Below the pieces are notes generated by a model. The model saw nothing but the letters and a program-made list of their open reading frames with translations, did no database searches and was not told where the DNA came from. A DNA stretch of 64,000 nucleotides from Candidatus Pacearchaeota archaeon (lineage in GTDB: Archaea > Nanobdellota > Nanobdellia > Pacearchaeales > GW2011-AR1). The translations under genes were made by a program, and so were the position numbers. The stretch lies in NCBI GenBank assembly GCA_038740375.1, contig JAVYLW010000003.1, positions 4,545-68,544 of the forward strand, given 5' to 3'. Below, in pieces: positions 9,567 through 18,693 of this stretch. Numbering within the stretch: the stretch's first letter is position 1; each line of letters starts with the position of its first letter.

Positions 9567-10055
9567 ATGGTAACTTTAGTTGAAGTTTTAAGATCATGGG
9601 AAGCTGCAGGTGTATTTGCATATCTGTTACCTTTTTTAATGATATTTGCTGTTGTTTATGGAATACTTAATAAAAGCAATCTTTTGGGACAAAATAGAGG
9701 AGTTCAAGCAACTGTTGCTTTGACAGTAGGTTTGTTATCTTTATTAAATGATTATGTAACTAATTTTTTTTCAAGATTATTTCCTTATGCTGGAATGGGT
9801 ATTGCTGTTCTTTTAATTGCTCTTATTTTAATGGGACTTGCATTTGAAGAGGATTGGTCTGGAAAAATATGGTTTACTATTGGAATTATAAGTTTTGTAG
9901 TTGTTGTTATTTCAGCATTTAGTGATATGCCTTTTGGTATAGGTTTTGCACTTTCAAATTCATGGCCTGCTTTAATTGCTGGAGGAATTTTATTATGGCT
10001 TATGTATCTGATAGTATTTAACCCCCCTGGTTCAAAAAAAGATTCAGGTAAATAA
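9567..10055 (+). CDS. Integral membrane protein, paralog family A (member 2)
   Basis: 162 aa. LLPFLMIFAVVYGILNKSNLLGQN aligns with members 1 and 3. RBS-like GGG lies upstream of the ATG. Confidence 0.7.
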   Translation: MVTLVEVLRSWEAAGVFAYLLPFLMIFAVVYGILNKSNLLGQNRGVQATVALTVGLLSLLNDYVTNFFSRLFPYAGMGIAVLLIALILMGLAFEEDWSGKIWFTIGIISFVVVVISAFSDMPFGIGFALSNSWPALIAGGILLWLMYLIVFNPPGSKKDSGK

Positions 10056-10072
10056 TAAATCATTTTGTTATT

Positions 10073-10603
10073 ATGGAAACAATTAACATTACAGGTCTTT
10101 CATTTTTCATGCCAGTATTTAGTTTTTTATTTGTATTTGTAGTTGTTTATGCTATTTTGTTTAAAACTAAGATTTTAGGAGAAAGTCAATTTGTAAATAT
10201 GTTAATAGGTTTTATAGTAGCTATAATTTTTATTGGATTTTCAACTCCTACATTCTCTACTGAAAAATATATTAGAACTATTATACCATGGTTTGCAGTC
10301 TTGTTTGTTTGTGTATTTTTAGTTTTATTACTTATGGGTTTAGCTACCAAAGATGTTGGGAAAATAATGACTAGTAAGTTTGCTTGGGTATTTGCAATTA
10401 TATTAATAGTTATATTTTTAATAGCTGCTATAAGAGTTTTTTCTCCAGTATTAGATCCTGTTTATGGAATAAGTTCTTCTCCAACAGGGCAACCACAAAT
10501 ATTACTTCAATTAAAAAATATGATTTCAGGACCTGTTGGTGGAGGAATATTACTTATAATAATAGCAATTATAGTTGCTTGGGTTATAACAAGAGCTAAA
10601 TAA
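10073..10603 (+). CDS. Integral membrane protein, paralog family A (member 3)
   Basis: 176 aa. FMPVFSFLFVFVVVYAILFKTKILGES aligns with members 1 and 2. Starts 17 nt after member 2. Confidence 0.7.
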   Translation: METINITGLSFFMPVFSFLFVFVVVYAILFKTKILGESQFVNMLIGFIVAIIFIGFSTPTFSTEKYIRTIIPWFAVLFVCVFLVLLLMGLATKDVGKIMTSKFAWVFAIILIVIFLIAAIRVFSPVLDPVYGISSSPTGQPQILLQLKNMISGPVGGGILLIIIAIIVAWVITRAK

Positions 10604-10893
10604 GTTTTTAATTAAAAATTTTTACAGTTGTTCAATAAAGTTTACTAATGTTTTTTAATATAAGTTTAAAATAAAAAAATTTAATCTATAATTTTAATCT
10701 ATTATTCTTTTTTATACTACTTATAAAATGAATTTTTTGCAAGTTATATAACTAAGAATTAAATTAAAATTTATCTGATCTTTTTATCAAATTAAAAACG
10801 CGAAAGAATTTTTTTGAGAAATTTAATGTGCTAATATTTTTTTAAATTTTTATGAAATTATTTTTATCTTGATATAATATTTTAAAGATTTTT

Positions 10894-13179
10894 TTATATT
10901 TTTTTACCTTTTATAGTATTTTTTAACCATTCTTGCCATAATGGAAAAACACGTTCGCTTATAGGCAATCCTACTTCTTCTTGAATTTCTTTAGAAAATT
11001 GATGAAACATATTATTTGATAAACTATTAAATTTTGCTTCGAGCAGATCTGGAATATTAAATTTTTCTGATACATTTACAATTTCTTGCTTAATTTTACT
11101 TCTTAATAAAATATTGTCATAAATAGCTTCCCAATTTCCAGCCCATCCTTTTATATTAGATGCAATTGTTTTAATTACCTCAGAATTACCGTTTATTAAT
11201 TCTTCAGTAGGTTCGAGTTCATCTTTTTCTACATTATACTTTAATAAATCGACAAATCCTCCTTCTTCTTCAGGATCTTTTATCCAATGTTTTCTTACTT
11301 CTGAAATTTGTAAAACTCTTTTCATACTTTTTAGACCATCAGGAGTTTTTATTGGATTAGATATTATAATTATATCTGTTGCTTTAAAACTTGTTATTGG
11401 AACATCTAAGTCATTTACAACTCTATCAAAAACTGCATAAGGTGAAGAACCGTGAATAGTTCCTGCAACTACATTTGCTAAGGCACCAACTCTCATAGCT
11501 TCATAAAGTGCCTGAGCTTCTAAGGATCTTACTTCACCTACTATTAAACTAGAATCTCCAAGTCTTAAAGAAGTTCTTATTCCTTCATCTGCAGATACCT
11601 CTGTTGATGTTTTTAATAAACTACTTCTCACTTTCATTCTTAAAATATCATAATGAAGTTTTGCTAAAGATTCTACTGGCAGTTCTGCAGTATCTTCAAT
11701 TACTATTATTCTATATTTTGGCATTATTTCGAGCATTAATGAACCTAATAAACTTGTTTTTCCTGAACTTCTTGTTCCAGCAATAAGTAGTGTTCTTGAA
11801 CCATCTATTAAAAAAGAGAGAATACCTGCTGTAAAGCTATTTATCATTCTGTTCTTGATAAATAAAGGTAATGTCCAGGGTTCTTCCCTATGTCTTCTTA
11901 TTGCATATGCTAATCCATCAGGAGATAATGGTTGCTGTATGACAGCAACTCTTGCACGAATGTTACCAAGCCCAATATCACTATCTAAAATAGGATTAGC
12001 TTCATCTAAAGGTCTTCCAGAAATCATTCTTAATTTTGCAGCCCAAGAATCTACGTCTTCTTTACTTGGAATTATATTTGTTATACATTCATCAAATTCT
12101 TGATGCCTTATGAAAACAGGGTTTATAGATATTGGTGCATTTAAAACTATGTCTTGTATATTTTTATCCTGAAGCAATACTTCTATTAATCCAAAACCTA
12201 TGGTATGTCTTACTAAAATGTTTGCTAGTTTATTTAATTCATCATAGTCTAATTTTATTTTTTTGTTATCTGCTAATTCTCTTAATAAATCTCTAGACAC
12301 ATTAAAAAAAACTTGTCGTGTTTTTTCAGGATCAGTGAATTCCTCTGCTTTTGGTTGGTGTTCTATTAAAACATTTCTTGCAAGATTAATAAGTTCTTGT
12401 TTTTTTTCATCTAAAGAATATTCAGGAGGTGATAAGTGATAAATATATTTAGAGTCTTCAATTTTTTTTAGAATGGTAACAACTGATTTATCATATTCTT
12501 TTGAGATTTCGTATTGTTTTATTATATCTGCAGACTCAGGCAAACTTGCAACTAATCTTGTAAATGTGAAATTAGGTATTATATCAGGTCTGAAAAATTT
12601 ATGATAAAGATTTCTTTTTTCTGATATGTAATTCGTTAATTCTTCTTTAACTTCTTTTATTATTCTTAAGTTTTCTAAAAGTCCTAAAAATTTTTCTAGT
12701 AATTTTATATAATTTGATTGATCTAATTTAAGATTTTCTGGAGATTTTTCAAGATTAATTTTCTCTTTTCTTAGGATTCTATTTAATTGAATATAACAAG
12801 ATATAGGATCGCGTTTTAGTAAAGTTAATAAGTTTGCTATATCGTTATATCTCTCTGGTAAATATCTGGAATTACTTATAGATAACTTTGAAGGTGATAA
12901 AATTTTTTCTTGTTTAGTTAAATAAACGTAGAGATTAGCTATTTCCTGTAGTATAAATACTTGAGATGAATCATAGCTATAATTTCTTTGCTGAACAAAA
13001 ACTATTCTTGAGATATTAGGAGCTTCTATTAAAAGATCTATTGTTCTAGCCATAATATCAGGATTATCTGCTATACTTGGAACAGTCAAGGCTCCTAAAT
13101 AGTTAATATACATTGTTTGACTTCCAGCTTCTTTTAAAATTTCATATGCATAAAGCTGAGTTCCTGTTTTAAATATCAT
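10894..13179 (-). CDS. Type II/IV secretion-family ATPase (archaeal FlaI/PilB-like) with long N- and C-terminal extensions
   Basis: 761 aa. Walker A GTRSSGKTS lies at about residues 468-476, Walker B is RIIVIEDTAEL, followed by the GEVRS and GTIHGSS boxes typical of GspE/VirB11-class ATPases. Confidence 0.9.
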   Translation of the reverse strand: MIFKTGTQLYAYEILKEAGSQTMYINYLGALTVPSIADNPDIMARTIDLLIEAPNISRIVFVQQRNYSYDSSQVFILQEIANLYVYLTKQEKILSPSKLSISNSRYLPERYNDIANLLTLLKRDPISCYIQLNRILRKEKINLEKSPENLKLDQSNYIKLLEKFLGLLENLRIIKEVKEELTNYISEKRNLYHKFFRPDIIPNFTFTRLVASLPESADIIKQYEISKEYDKSVVTILKKIEDSKYIYHLSPPEYSLDEKKQELINLARNVLIEHQPKAEEFTDPEKTRQVFFNVSRDLLRELADNKKIKLDYDELNKLANILVRHTIGFGLIEVLLQDKNIQDIVLNAPISINPVFIRHQEFDECITNIIPSKEDVDSWAAKLRMISGRPLDEANPILDSDIGLGNIRARVAVIQQPLSPDGLAYAIRRHREEPWTLPLFIKNRMINSFTAGILSFLIDGSRTLLIAGTRSSGKTSLLGSLMLEIMPKYRIIVIEDTAELPVESLAKLHYDILRMKVRSSLLKTSTEVSADEGIRTSLRLGDSSLIVGEVRSLEAQALYEAMRVGALANVVAGTIHGSSPYAVFDRVVNDLDVPITSFKATDIIIISNPIKTPDGLKSMKRVLQISEVRKHWIKDPEEEGGFVDLLKYNVEKDELEPTEELINGNSEVIKTIASNIKGWAGNWEAIYDNILLRSKIKQEIVNVSEKFNIPDLLEAKFNSLSNNMFHQFSKEIQEEVGLPISERVFPLWQEWLKNTIKGKKI

Positions 13180-13494
13180 CTTTTCACCTTTTTTATAAAA
13201 TTAAGAAGAGATTATTATATTAAAAGTTATGTATAATAAATATGAAATAGATAAAAATGTATTGTTTAGAAAATTATTTTAAAAGAATTTTTTGTTCGTT
13301 TATACTTTTTAGAAAGTCTATTTGCCATATTCTAAAAAAAAGTTAAAATCAAAATAATTTTAAAGTTAGTGTTTTTTAGCTTAAATTTTTTATGTAATTT
13401 ACATCCTTTTTTAGAAATCATATCTATTACCCTTTTTTATTTTTGATACAATAAGTATTTTAAACCTAATATACTTCTTTAATTATATAAAAAA

Positions 13495-13884
13495 ATGGTA
13501 GAACAAAATATAAACGAACAATCTAGCCTAAACAATTTATTGACAGAATTAAGTATAAGGATAAGTGAATTAGAAGAAAGACAAAGATTGTTAAAGGACA
13601 GAATACTTCTTATAGGTAAAAATATAATTACAACAAGGGAAGAATTAGATAAACAAAATTTTGATATAAAAAAGAATATTAAGGATATTGAGTTTGAAAT
13701 AAAAGGAATAAAGCAATTAAATGAGAGAATAATTAGTGAGATTGGAAATTTTGCTAGAAGAAGTGAAATTCAAATATTACAAAGACAATTTGAAATATTT
13801 CAACCTCTAAAATTTGCAAGAATAGAAGATGTTAAAAAAATAGTTAGGGAAGAATTTGAAAATTTAAATAAATCAAATAAATAA
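13495..13884 (+). CDS. Coiled-coil protein (129 aa), divergent from the ATPase gene
   Basis: ATG ORF with heptad-like Leu/Ile/Glu/Lys composition throughout. No TM segment and no known motif. Confidence 0.55.
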   Translation: MVEQNINEQSSLNNLLTELSIRISELEERQRLLKDRILLIGKNIITTREELDKQNFDIKKNIKDIEFEIKGIKQLNERIISEIGNFARRSEIQILQRQFEIFQPLKFARIEDVKKIVREEFENLNKSNK

Positions 13885-13892
13885 TATATAAA

Positions 13893-14711
13893 ATGGCTAT
13901 TTTGGAAAGGGTTATTCAATTAAAAAAAGGAGGAATGTCTGATTCTCAAATAATTGATATTTTACGTCAAGAAGGAGTCTCTCCTAAAGAGATCAATGAT
14001 GCTTTAAATCAATCTAAAATTAAGTCAACTATAACACAAAATTTAGAATCTTCTCAAACTGAATTTTCAAATATGAAACCAAGTATAATGCTTGAGAAAA
14101 GAGAGAAAGTAAATAACGAAGAACCTTCTGAAAATGAAGAGGAATATTTAGAATATCAAGAGCCTGCTTATGAAAATATTCAAAAACAAGAACCTGTTTA
14201 TTATGAGGATCAGAATTATCAAAATTATCCATACTATAATCCAGATTCAACATATGAATATTATCCAGAATATCAGGCTCCAAAAGAACAATTAGCAATT
14301 GATATAGAGACTATTAATGATATTGTAGAGCAAATCATTGAAGAAAAGAATTCTGAATTAAACAAACAGGTTTCTGAACTTAAAAGATTTAAAGATGAAA
14401 CTAAAATTGATTTAGATAGGATAAATGAACGTCTTTTGAAATTAGAAAATACTTTTAATGATTTGCAAATTGCTATATTAAAGAAAATAGGAGAATATGG
14501 AGAAAACATTCAGGAAATTTCTAATGAAATGCGTGCAACTCAAGATTCTTTTTCTAAAATATTAAATCCTCTGACTGATAATATAAGAGAATTACAAAAA
14601 ATAGTAGGGATGCAAAATTCAAAAAAAGAGACAGATGATTCTGAAAAAAAAGAAGAAGATAAAAAAAGAATTGGAAAACAAAAACCGAGTTTTGAAGAAT
14701 ATCTTAGATAA
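13893..14711 (+). CDS. Coiled-coil protein (272 aa) with small N-terminal helical domain and acidic Tyr/Glu/Pro-rich linker
   Basis: ATG ORF 8 nt after the previous gene. The N-terminus is MAILERVIQLKKGGMSDSQIIDILRQEGVSPKEINDAL. The middle is low complexity (YQEPAYENIQKQEPVYYEDQNYQNYPYYNPD) and the C-terminus is coiled coil. Confidence 0.55.
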   Translation: MAILERVIQLKKGGMSDSQIIDILRQEGVSPKEINDALNQSKIKSTITQNLESSQTEFSNMKPSIMLEKREKVNNEEPSENEEEYLEYQEPAYENIQKQEPVYYEDQNYQNYPYYNPDSTYEYYPEYQAPKEQLAIDIETINDIVEQIIEEKNSELNKQVSELKRFKDETKIDLDRINERLLKLENTFNDLQIAILKKIGEYGENIQEISNEMRATQDSFSKILNPLTDNIRELQKIVGMQNSKKETDDSEKKEEDKKRIGKQKPSFEEYLR

Positions 14712-14888
14712 ATTTTTATTTTGATGTGCAATTTTTTTATATTTTCTTCTTCTAAATCTTTTTAAGAGAAAAATTTAAATATTATATAATGATTATTTTT
14801 TTATTAAAATGAAAAAAAAGGTTAAAAACATTTTTTTTTAAAATCGATTCTAATAATTACGTTTTTAATTTCTTTATTAATCTCATTT

Positions 14889-17543
14889 TTGTTTGCTGTT
14901 TTTTTACAAAATTCAAATAAAAATAATTTTTTAAGTAGTAATGAAGAGCTAAATGATGAAGAGATATATTCAGTAAAACCTTTAGGAAGTAATATTTTAA
15001 AAAGGTATATAACATTAAATATTTCTGATCAAACTTATTCTTATTCTACAAATAATGGTGTCATTAGATGTTCTTCTTCAAAAAATGCAAAGATTTTTAA
15101 TTTATCAAACAAATATCCTAATTATCAACAATCCGGAGTTTCTTATTTTAATTTATCTAATATAGTTAGTAATTCTGTAAGTAAAGCAGAGGTTTGTTAT
15201 GCAATATCTTACAGCGATAATATTCCTTATAATATATGGATATTAAATGAAACTTATTTGAAATGTCCTAATATTCCTATTTTTAATTCAAGATTGAAAT
15301 ATGCAATTTCTTATAAAAAAATTGTAAATACATCTAAGAATAACTACAATTGTTTTGATATAACAGATTATGTAAATCTTCAACTTTCCAAAGGAAATAA
15401 AGATATTTATTTTTCCATTATAGGAAATAGTACATTAGAAAATAAAATTATATCTTTTTATGGAAAAAATGATCTTTATCCTGCCTATATCAATATAACT
15501 ATTTTAGAAAATACTAGTATAAGTTCTACAGGATCTAATTGTCAGGACAGCGACGTTAGTTCAGACTATCCAGATGGAAAAAATGTTTATGTAAAAGGAT
15601 TCGTAAAGGAGATGAAAAGTGGTCGTCAAGCACAAGATTATTGTACTGGTTATAAAAATCAATTAATGGAATATTATTGTTTGCCTAATGGTAATTTTAC
15701 TGGTTATCTATATACTTGTCAGTATACTTGTAATGATGGGTATTGTCCAGAATCGTGTAAACCTAAAAATTGTTCAGAGCTTGGAAAAGAATGTGGAAAT
15801 TGGGATAATGGTTGTGGAGTTTTGATATATTGCGGAGGTTGTAAAGATTCACTAGTATGTAATTCAGAAGGAAAATGTTCAGTTTTTATTTCTAATTGTA
15901 CTGATTCTGATGTATTTAGTAAATATCCAGACGGAAATAATCCTTATTTAAAAGGTACTACTAAAGGGAATAATAAAACTTTTGTAGACTATTGTGGTTT
16001 TGACGGGAAACTTTATGAATTTTATTGCGATGTTTCAGGTAATATTAGGAGCGTATCTTATTATTGCCCTAATTTTGTAAATTGTTTAAATGGTAGATGT
16101 ATAAAAGAAAAATGTCAGAAAAATATAGATTGTCTTTATAATTCATATATTAAAAAACCACTTTGTGATATTAATAATGGAAAGTGCGTTGAATGTTTGA
16201 ATGTTAGTGATTGTGATGATGGTAAGTTTTGCATTAATAATTCATGTGAAATTTTTAATGCCGGAGTTTTAGTTTCAACTAAAAAAGATAAATATTTAGT
16301 CAATGAAAAAATTGAGTTAAGTGATATTTATGATTCAAAAAAAATAAGTAACTCTAAACTGTATGAGTATGCATATTTTTCTTCTTTAGATAATGATAAT
16401 GTTGCATGGATAGGAATGTATTTGTTTGGTACTGGAAAGATTCATGTTTATAATTTAAAAAATAATAAAGAAAAAAATGTTAATATTTCTTCTTCACCAA
16501 ATCTTAAGGGTATTGGTATTTCTGGTAATTATCTAGTTTATACTGATTTTAGAAAGGGTAAGAATAGTATTTTTTTATATGATCTTTTAAAGGATAAAGA
16601 AGAGATGATTGCACCAAATGCAGTGATTCCTCGTAATATCGACGAATCCAAAATAGACTTTATTTCTATTGATAAGAATATAGTTATTTGGTTAGACGAG
16701 AGAAATGAAGAAAAAAATAAATTAGTAAATAGATTATCCGATATATACGTTTACAATATAGATAGTAAAAAAGAAAAAAGAATTACTAAAACTTCAAATA
16801 TTATAAATAATCCTTTTATAAGAGATAATAAAATTGTTTGGGAAGATAAGAGAAATGGAAATTTTGATATCTATATGTATGATTTATCTAATAATATAGA
16901 GAAAAGAATAACAAGCAGTTCTGGTTTTAGTACTCCTACTATTTATGGAAATAAAATAGTCTGGAGTAATTATTCTGAAATATTTTTATTCGATTTAACT
17001 AATAACAGCCAAAGAAAAATAGCTGATGGAATACGTCCAATAATTTATAAAGATTACATTGTATATTCAAGGAATGGGCTTATTTATCTATACGATTTAA
17101 CAAAAAATAAAGAGTATCAATTAACAGTTTTTAGTTTGATAAATAATTTACTTACATTAAAATTTTATAATAATTCAATAATATGGTCTGATAATAGAGA
17201 TTCTATATATGATACTTTTAATCAAAATATAATTCTTTATGATATCAATACCAAGATGCTAAGTAAAGAATCAATTAAGTCTGAATTAATAAATATGAAT
17301 AATTTTAATATAAAAGTAAAGTTATTGTTAAAATTAGAAAAAAATATTAATAATCAATGGGTGGATCAAAGAAAAGTTTTTGAAGATACATTATCTTTAA
17401 ATAGAAAAAGTCAATTAGATATATCGAAATATTGGAATTCTCAAAATATAACTGTTTCGTCTTTCGGATTATATAGAGTTAAGGCTGAACTGTATATTGA
17501 TGGAAAAAAACAAAAAGAATACAGTTATACTTTTACTGTTTAA
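14889..17543 (+). CDS. Cys-rich / beta-propeller-repeat surface protein; the real start is probably ATG 14809, separated by a homopolymer frameshift
   Basis: 884 aa from TTG 14889. Two about 70-aa Cys modules (C[QT]DSD..YPDG.N.Y.KG...YC...EYYC...C.NG.C). Repeats of the type KIVWEDKRNGNFDIYMYDLSNN are typical of TolB-like surface beta-propellers. The frame is open from 14826 and encodes a TM-like segment. Confidence 0.8.
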   Translation: MFAVFLQNSNKNNFLSSNEELNDEEIYSVKPLGSNILKRYITLNISDQTYSYSTNNGVIRCSSSKNAKIFNLSNKYPNYQQSGVSYFNLSNIVSNSVSKAEVCYAISYSDNIPYNIWILNETYLKCPNIPIFNSRLKYAISYKKIVNTSKNNYNCFDITDYVNLQLSKGNKDIYFSIIGNSTLENKIISFYGKNDLYPAYINITILENTSISSTGSNCQDSDVSSDYPDGKNVYVKGFVKEMKSGRQAQDYCTGYKNQLMEYYCLPNGNFTGYLYTCQYTCNDGYCPESCKPKNCSELGKECGNWDNGCGVLIYCGGCKDSLVCNSEGKCSVFISNCTDSDVFSKYPDGNNPYLKGTTKGNNKTFVDYCGFDGKLYEFYCDVSGNIRSVSYYCPNFVNCLNGRCIKEKCQKNIDCLYNSYIKKPLCDINNGKCVECLNVSDCDDGKFCINNSCEIFNAGVLVSTKKDKYLVNEKIELSDIYDSKKISNSKLYEYAYFSSLDNDNVAWIGMYLFGTGKIHVYNLKNNKEKNVNISSSPNLKGIGISGNYLVYTDFRKGKNSIFLYDLLKDKEEMIAPNAVIPRNIDESKIDFISIDKNIVIWLDERNEEKNKLVNRLSDIYVYNIDSKKEKRITKTSNIINNPFIRDNKIVWEDKRNGNFDIYMYDLSNNIEKRITSSSGFSTPTIYGNKIVWSNYSEIFLFDLTNNSQRKIADGIRPIIYKDYIVYSRNGLIYLYDLTKNKEYQLTVFSLINNLLTLKFYNNSIIWSDNRDSIYDTFNQNIILYDINTKMLSKESIKSELINMNNFNIKVKLLLKLEKNINNQWVDQRKVFEDTLSLNRKSQLDISKYWNSQNITVSSFGLYRVKAELYIDGKKQKEYSYTFTV

Positions 17544-17801
17544 ATATAAAAATAATTTTTTGTTCTAAAAATTTTTTTAACTTTTAATCTTTTTTATCAA
17601 TTTAATATCAAATAAAAATATTAGATTTCAAGAGTTAATAAGAGCAAAGTTACATTATTAGTCTAAACTCTATTAGTATAATTTTATAATACTCATTAAA
17701 TGTATAGATAATATTCTTATTTGTATAATCTTTTTTAATTTATTTTTTATAAAAAACAAATAATTTATATATCTTAAAATATATATGCATATATAAAAAA
17801 A

Positions 17802-17806
17802 GGTGA
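17802..17806 (+). promoter_or_regulatory. Shine-Dalgarno-like GGTGA, 8 nt upstream of ATG 17815
   Basis: aaaaaGGTGAaacttgaaATG. The same GGTGA core recurs before several genes in the window. Confidence 0.4.
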
Positions 17807-17814
17807 AACTTGAA

Positions 17815-18357
17815 ATGATAAAAAAGAAAAAGAATACTAAGAGCGTTAAGAGAAAAAAAAATATTTCCAATTTATTTGTTAATAAAAATTTAAAAAAAGA
17901 GTCAAGTAAATACTATTTGTTTGGAATAAAAGTCATAACACTTTTAGTTTTATTATTATCTTTATACTGTTTGATTTTATTTAGCTTATACATAATTAGT
18001 TTTTTTGTAAAAGGTTCTTTAAGAGATTATATGCTTACTGGAATTTTTGATAAAGAGTATTTTATTTCAAGGTATGGTATTATAGCTGCTGAAAATTTTA
18101 TTTTATTAATAGGAGCATTTGTTTCATTATTTTCTTTCATTTTTTGTTTTTGGTTTTCTTTGGCATTTTGGAAAAGAAAAAATTGGGCTAGGATAACAAT
18201 TGGGCTAATTAGTTTAATTATATTTGTAATTTCATTAATGGATTTTATATTTGTAAAATTTAGAAGTGTAATGCAAATAATAACAATTCTTATTACAGGA
18301 TTTATTTTTTTATATTTATTTTTTAATAAAAAAGTTGTGGAATATTATACTAAATAA
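17815..18357 (+). CDS. Hypothetical polytopic membrane protein
   Basis: The track ORF starts at GTG 17803, which lies inside the GGTGA site, so ATG 17815 is preferred. Lys-rich N-terminus followed by about 4 TM segments. Confidence 0.5.
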   Translation: MIKKKKNTKSVKRKKNISNLFVNKNLKKESSKYYLFGIKVITLLVLLLSLYCLILFSLYIISFFVKGSLRDYMLTGIFDKEYFISRYGIIAAENFILLIGAFVSLFSFIFCFWFSLAFWKRKNWARITIGLISLIIFVISLMDFIFVKFRSVMQIITILITGFIFLYLFFNKKVVEYYTK

Positions 18358-18693
18358 TTTTTACTTTAATTTAAAATTAATTAATTTATTTTATGAGAAT
18401 AACAGAATTTTCTGTTAAAAATTTATTTTTAAACAAAAATTTTAAGATTAATATTCGTTCTAGTTTTTAGAAAGTATTTTAATTTAAATTATTTATTTGT
18501 ATTAAAAAACATTACTCTCATTTATTATTGATTTTGTAACAAAATTTATTTAATGGAATTTTATTTTTTATTAATTTTTTTAATATTTTCTCTATCCTAA
18601 GATAACAATTAATAAAACATTTATATATTACAAATTGTAATGTTATATATGAATACTTTTTAGTATAATCAAAACATAATTAAATAATTTAAA

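Noticed and set aside
7713-14731. Assorted short ORFs: 7713-8018, 9785-10063, 10384-10599, 11604-11786, 11855-12103, 14029-14298, 14273-14509 and 14540-14731
   Set aside because: Each overlaps a longer gene with better evidence (membrane paralogs, ATPase, coiled-coil gene), either antisense or out of frame.
17673-17870. A 65-aa minus-strand ORF rich in Phe/Ile
   Set aside because: It is low-complexity, overlaps the start and RBS of the 17815 gene, and has no RBS or motif of its own.
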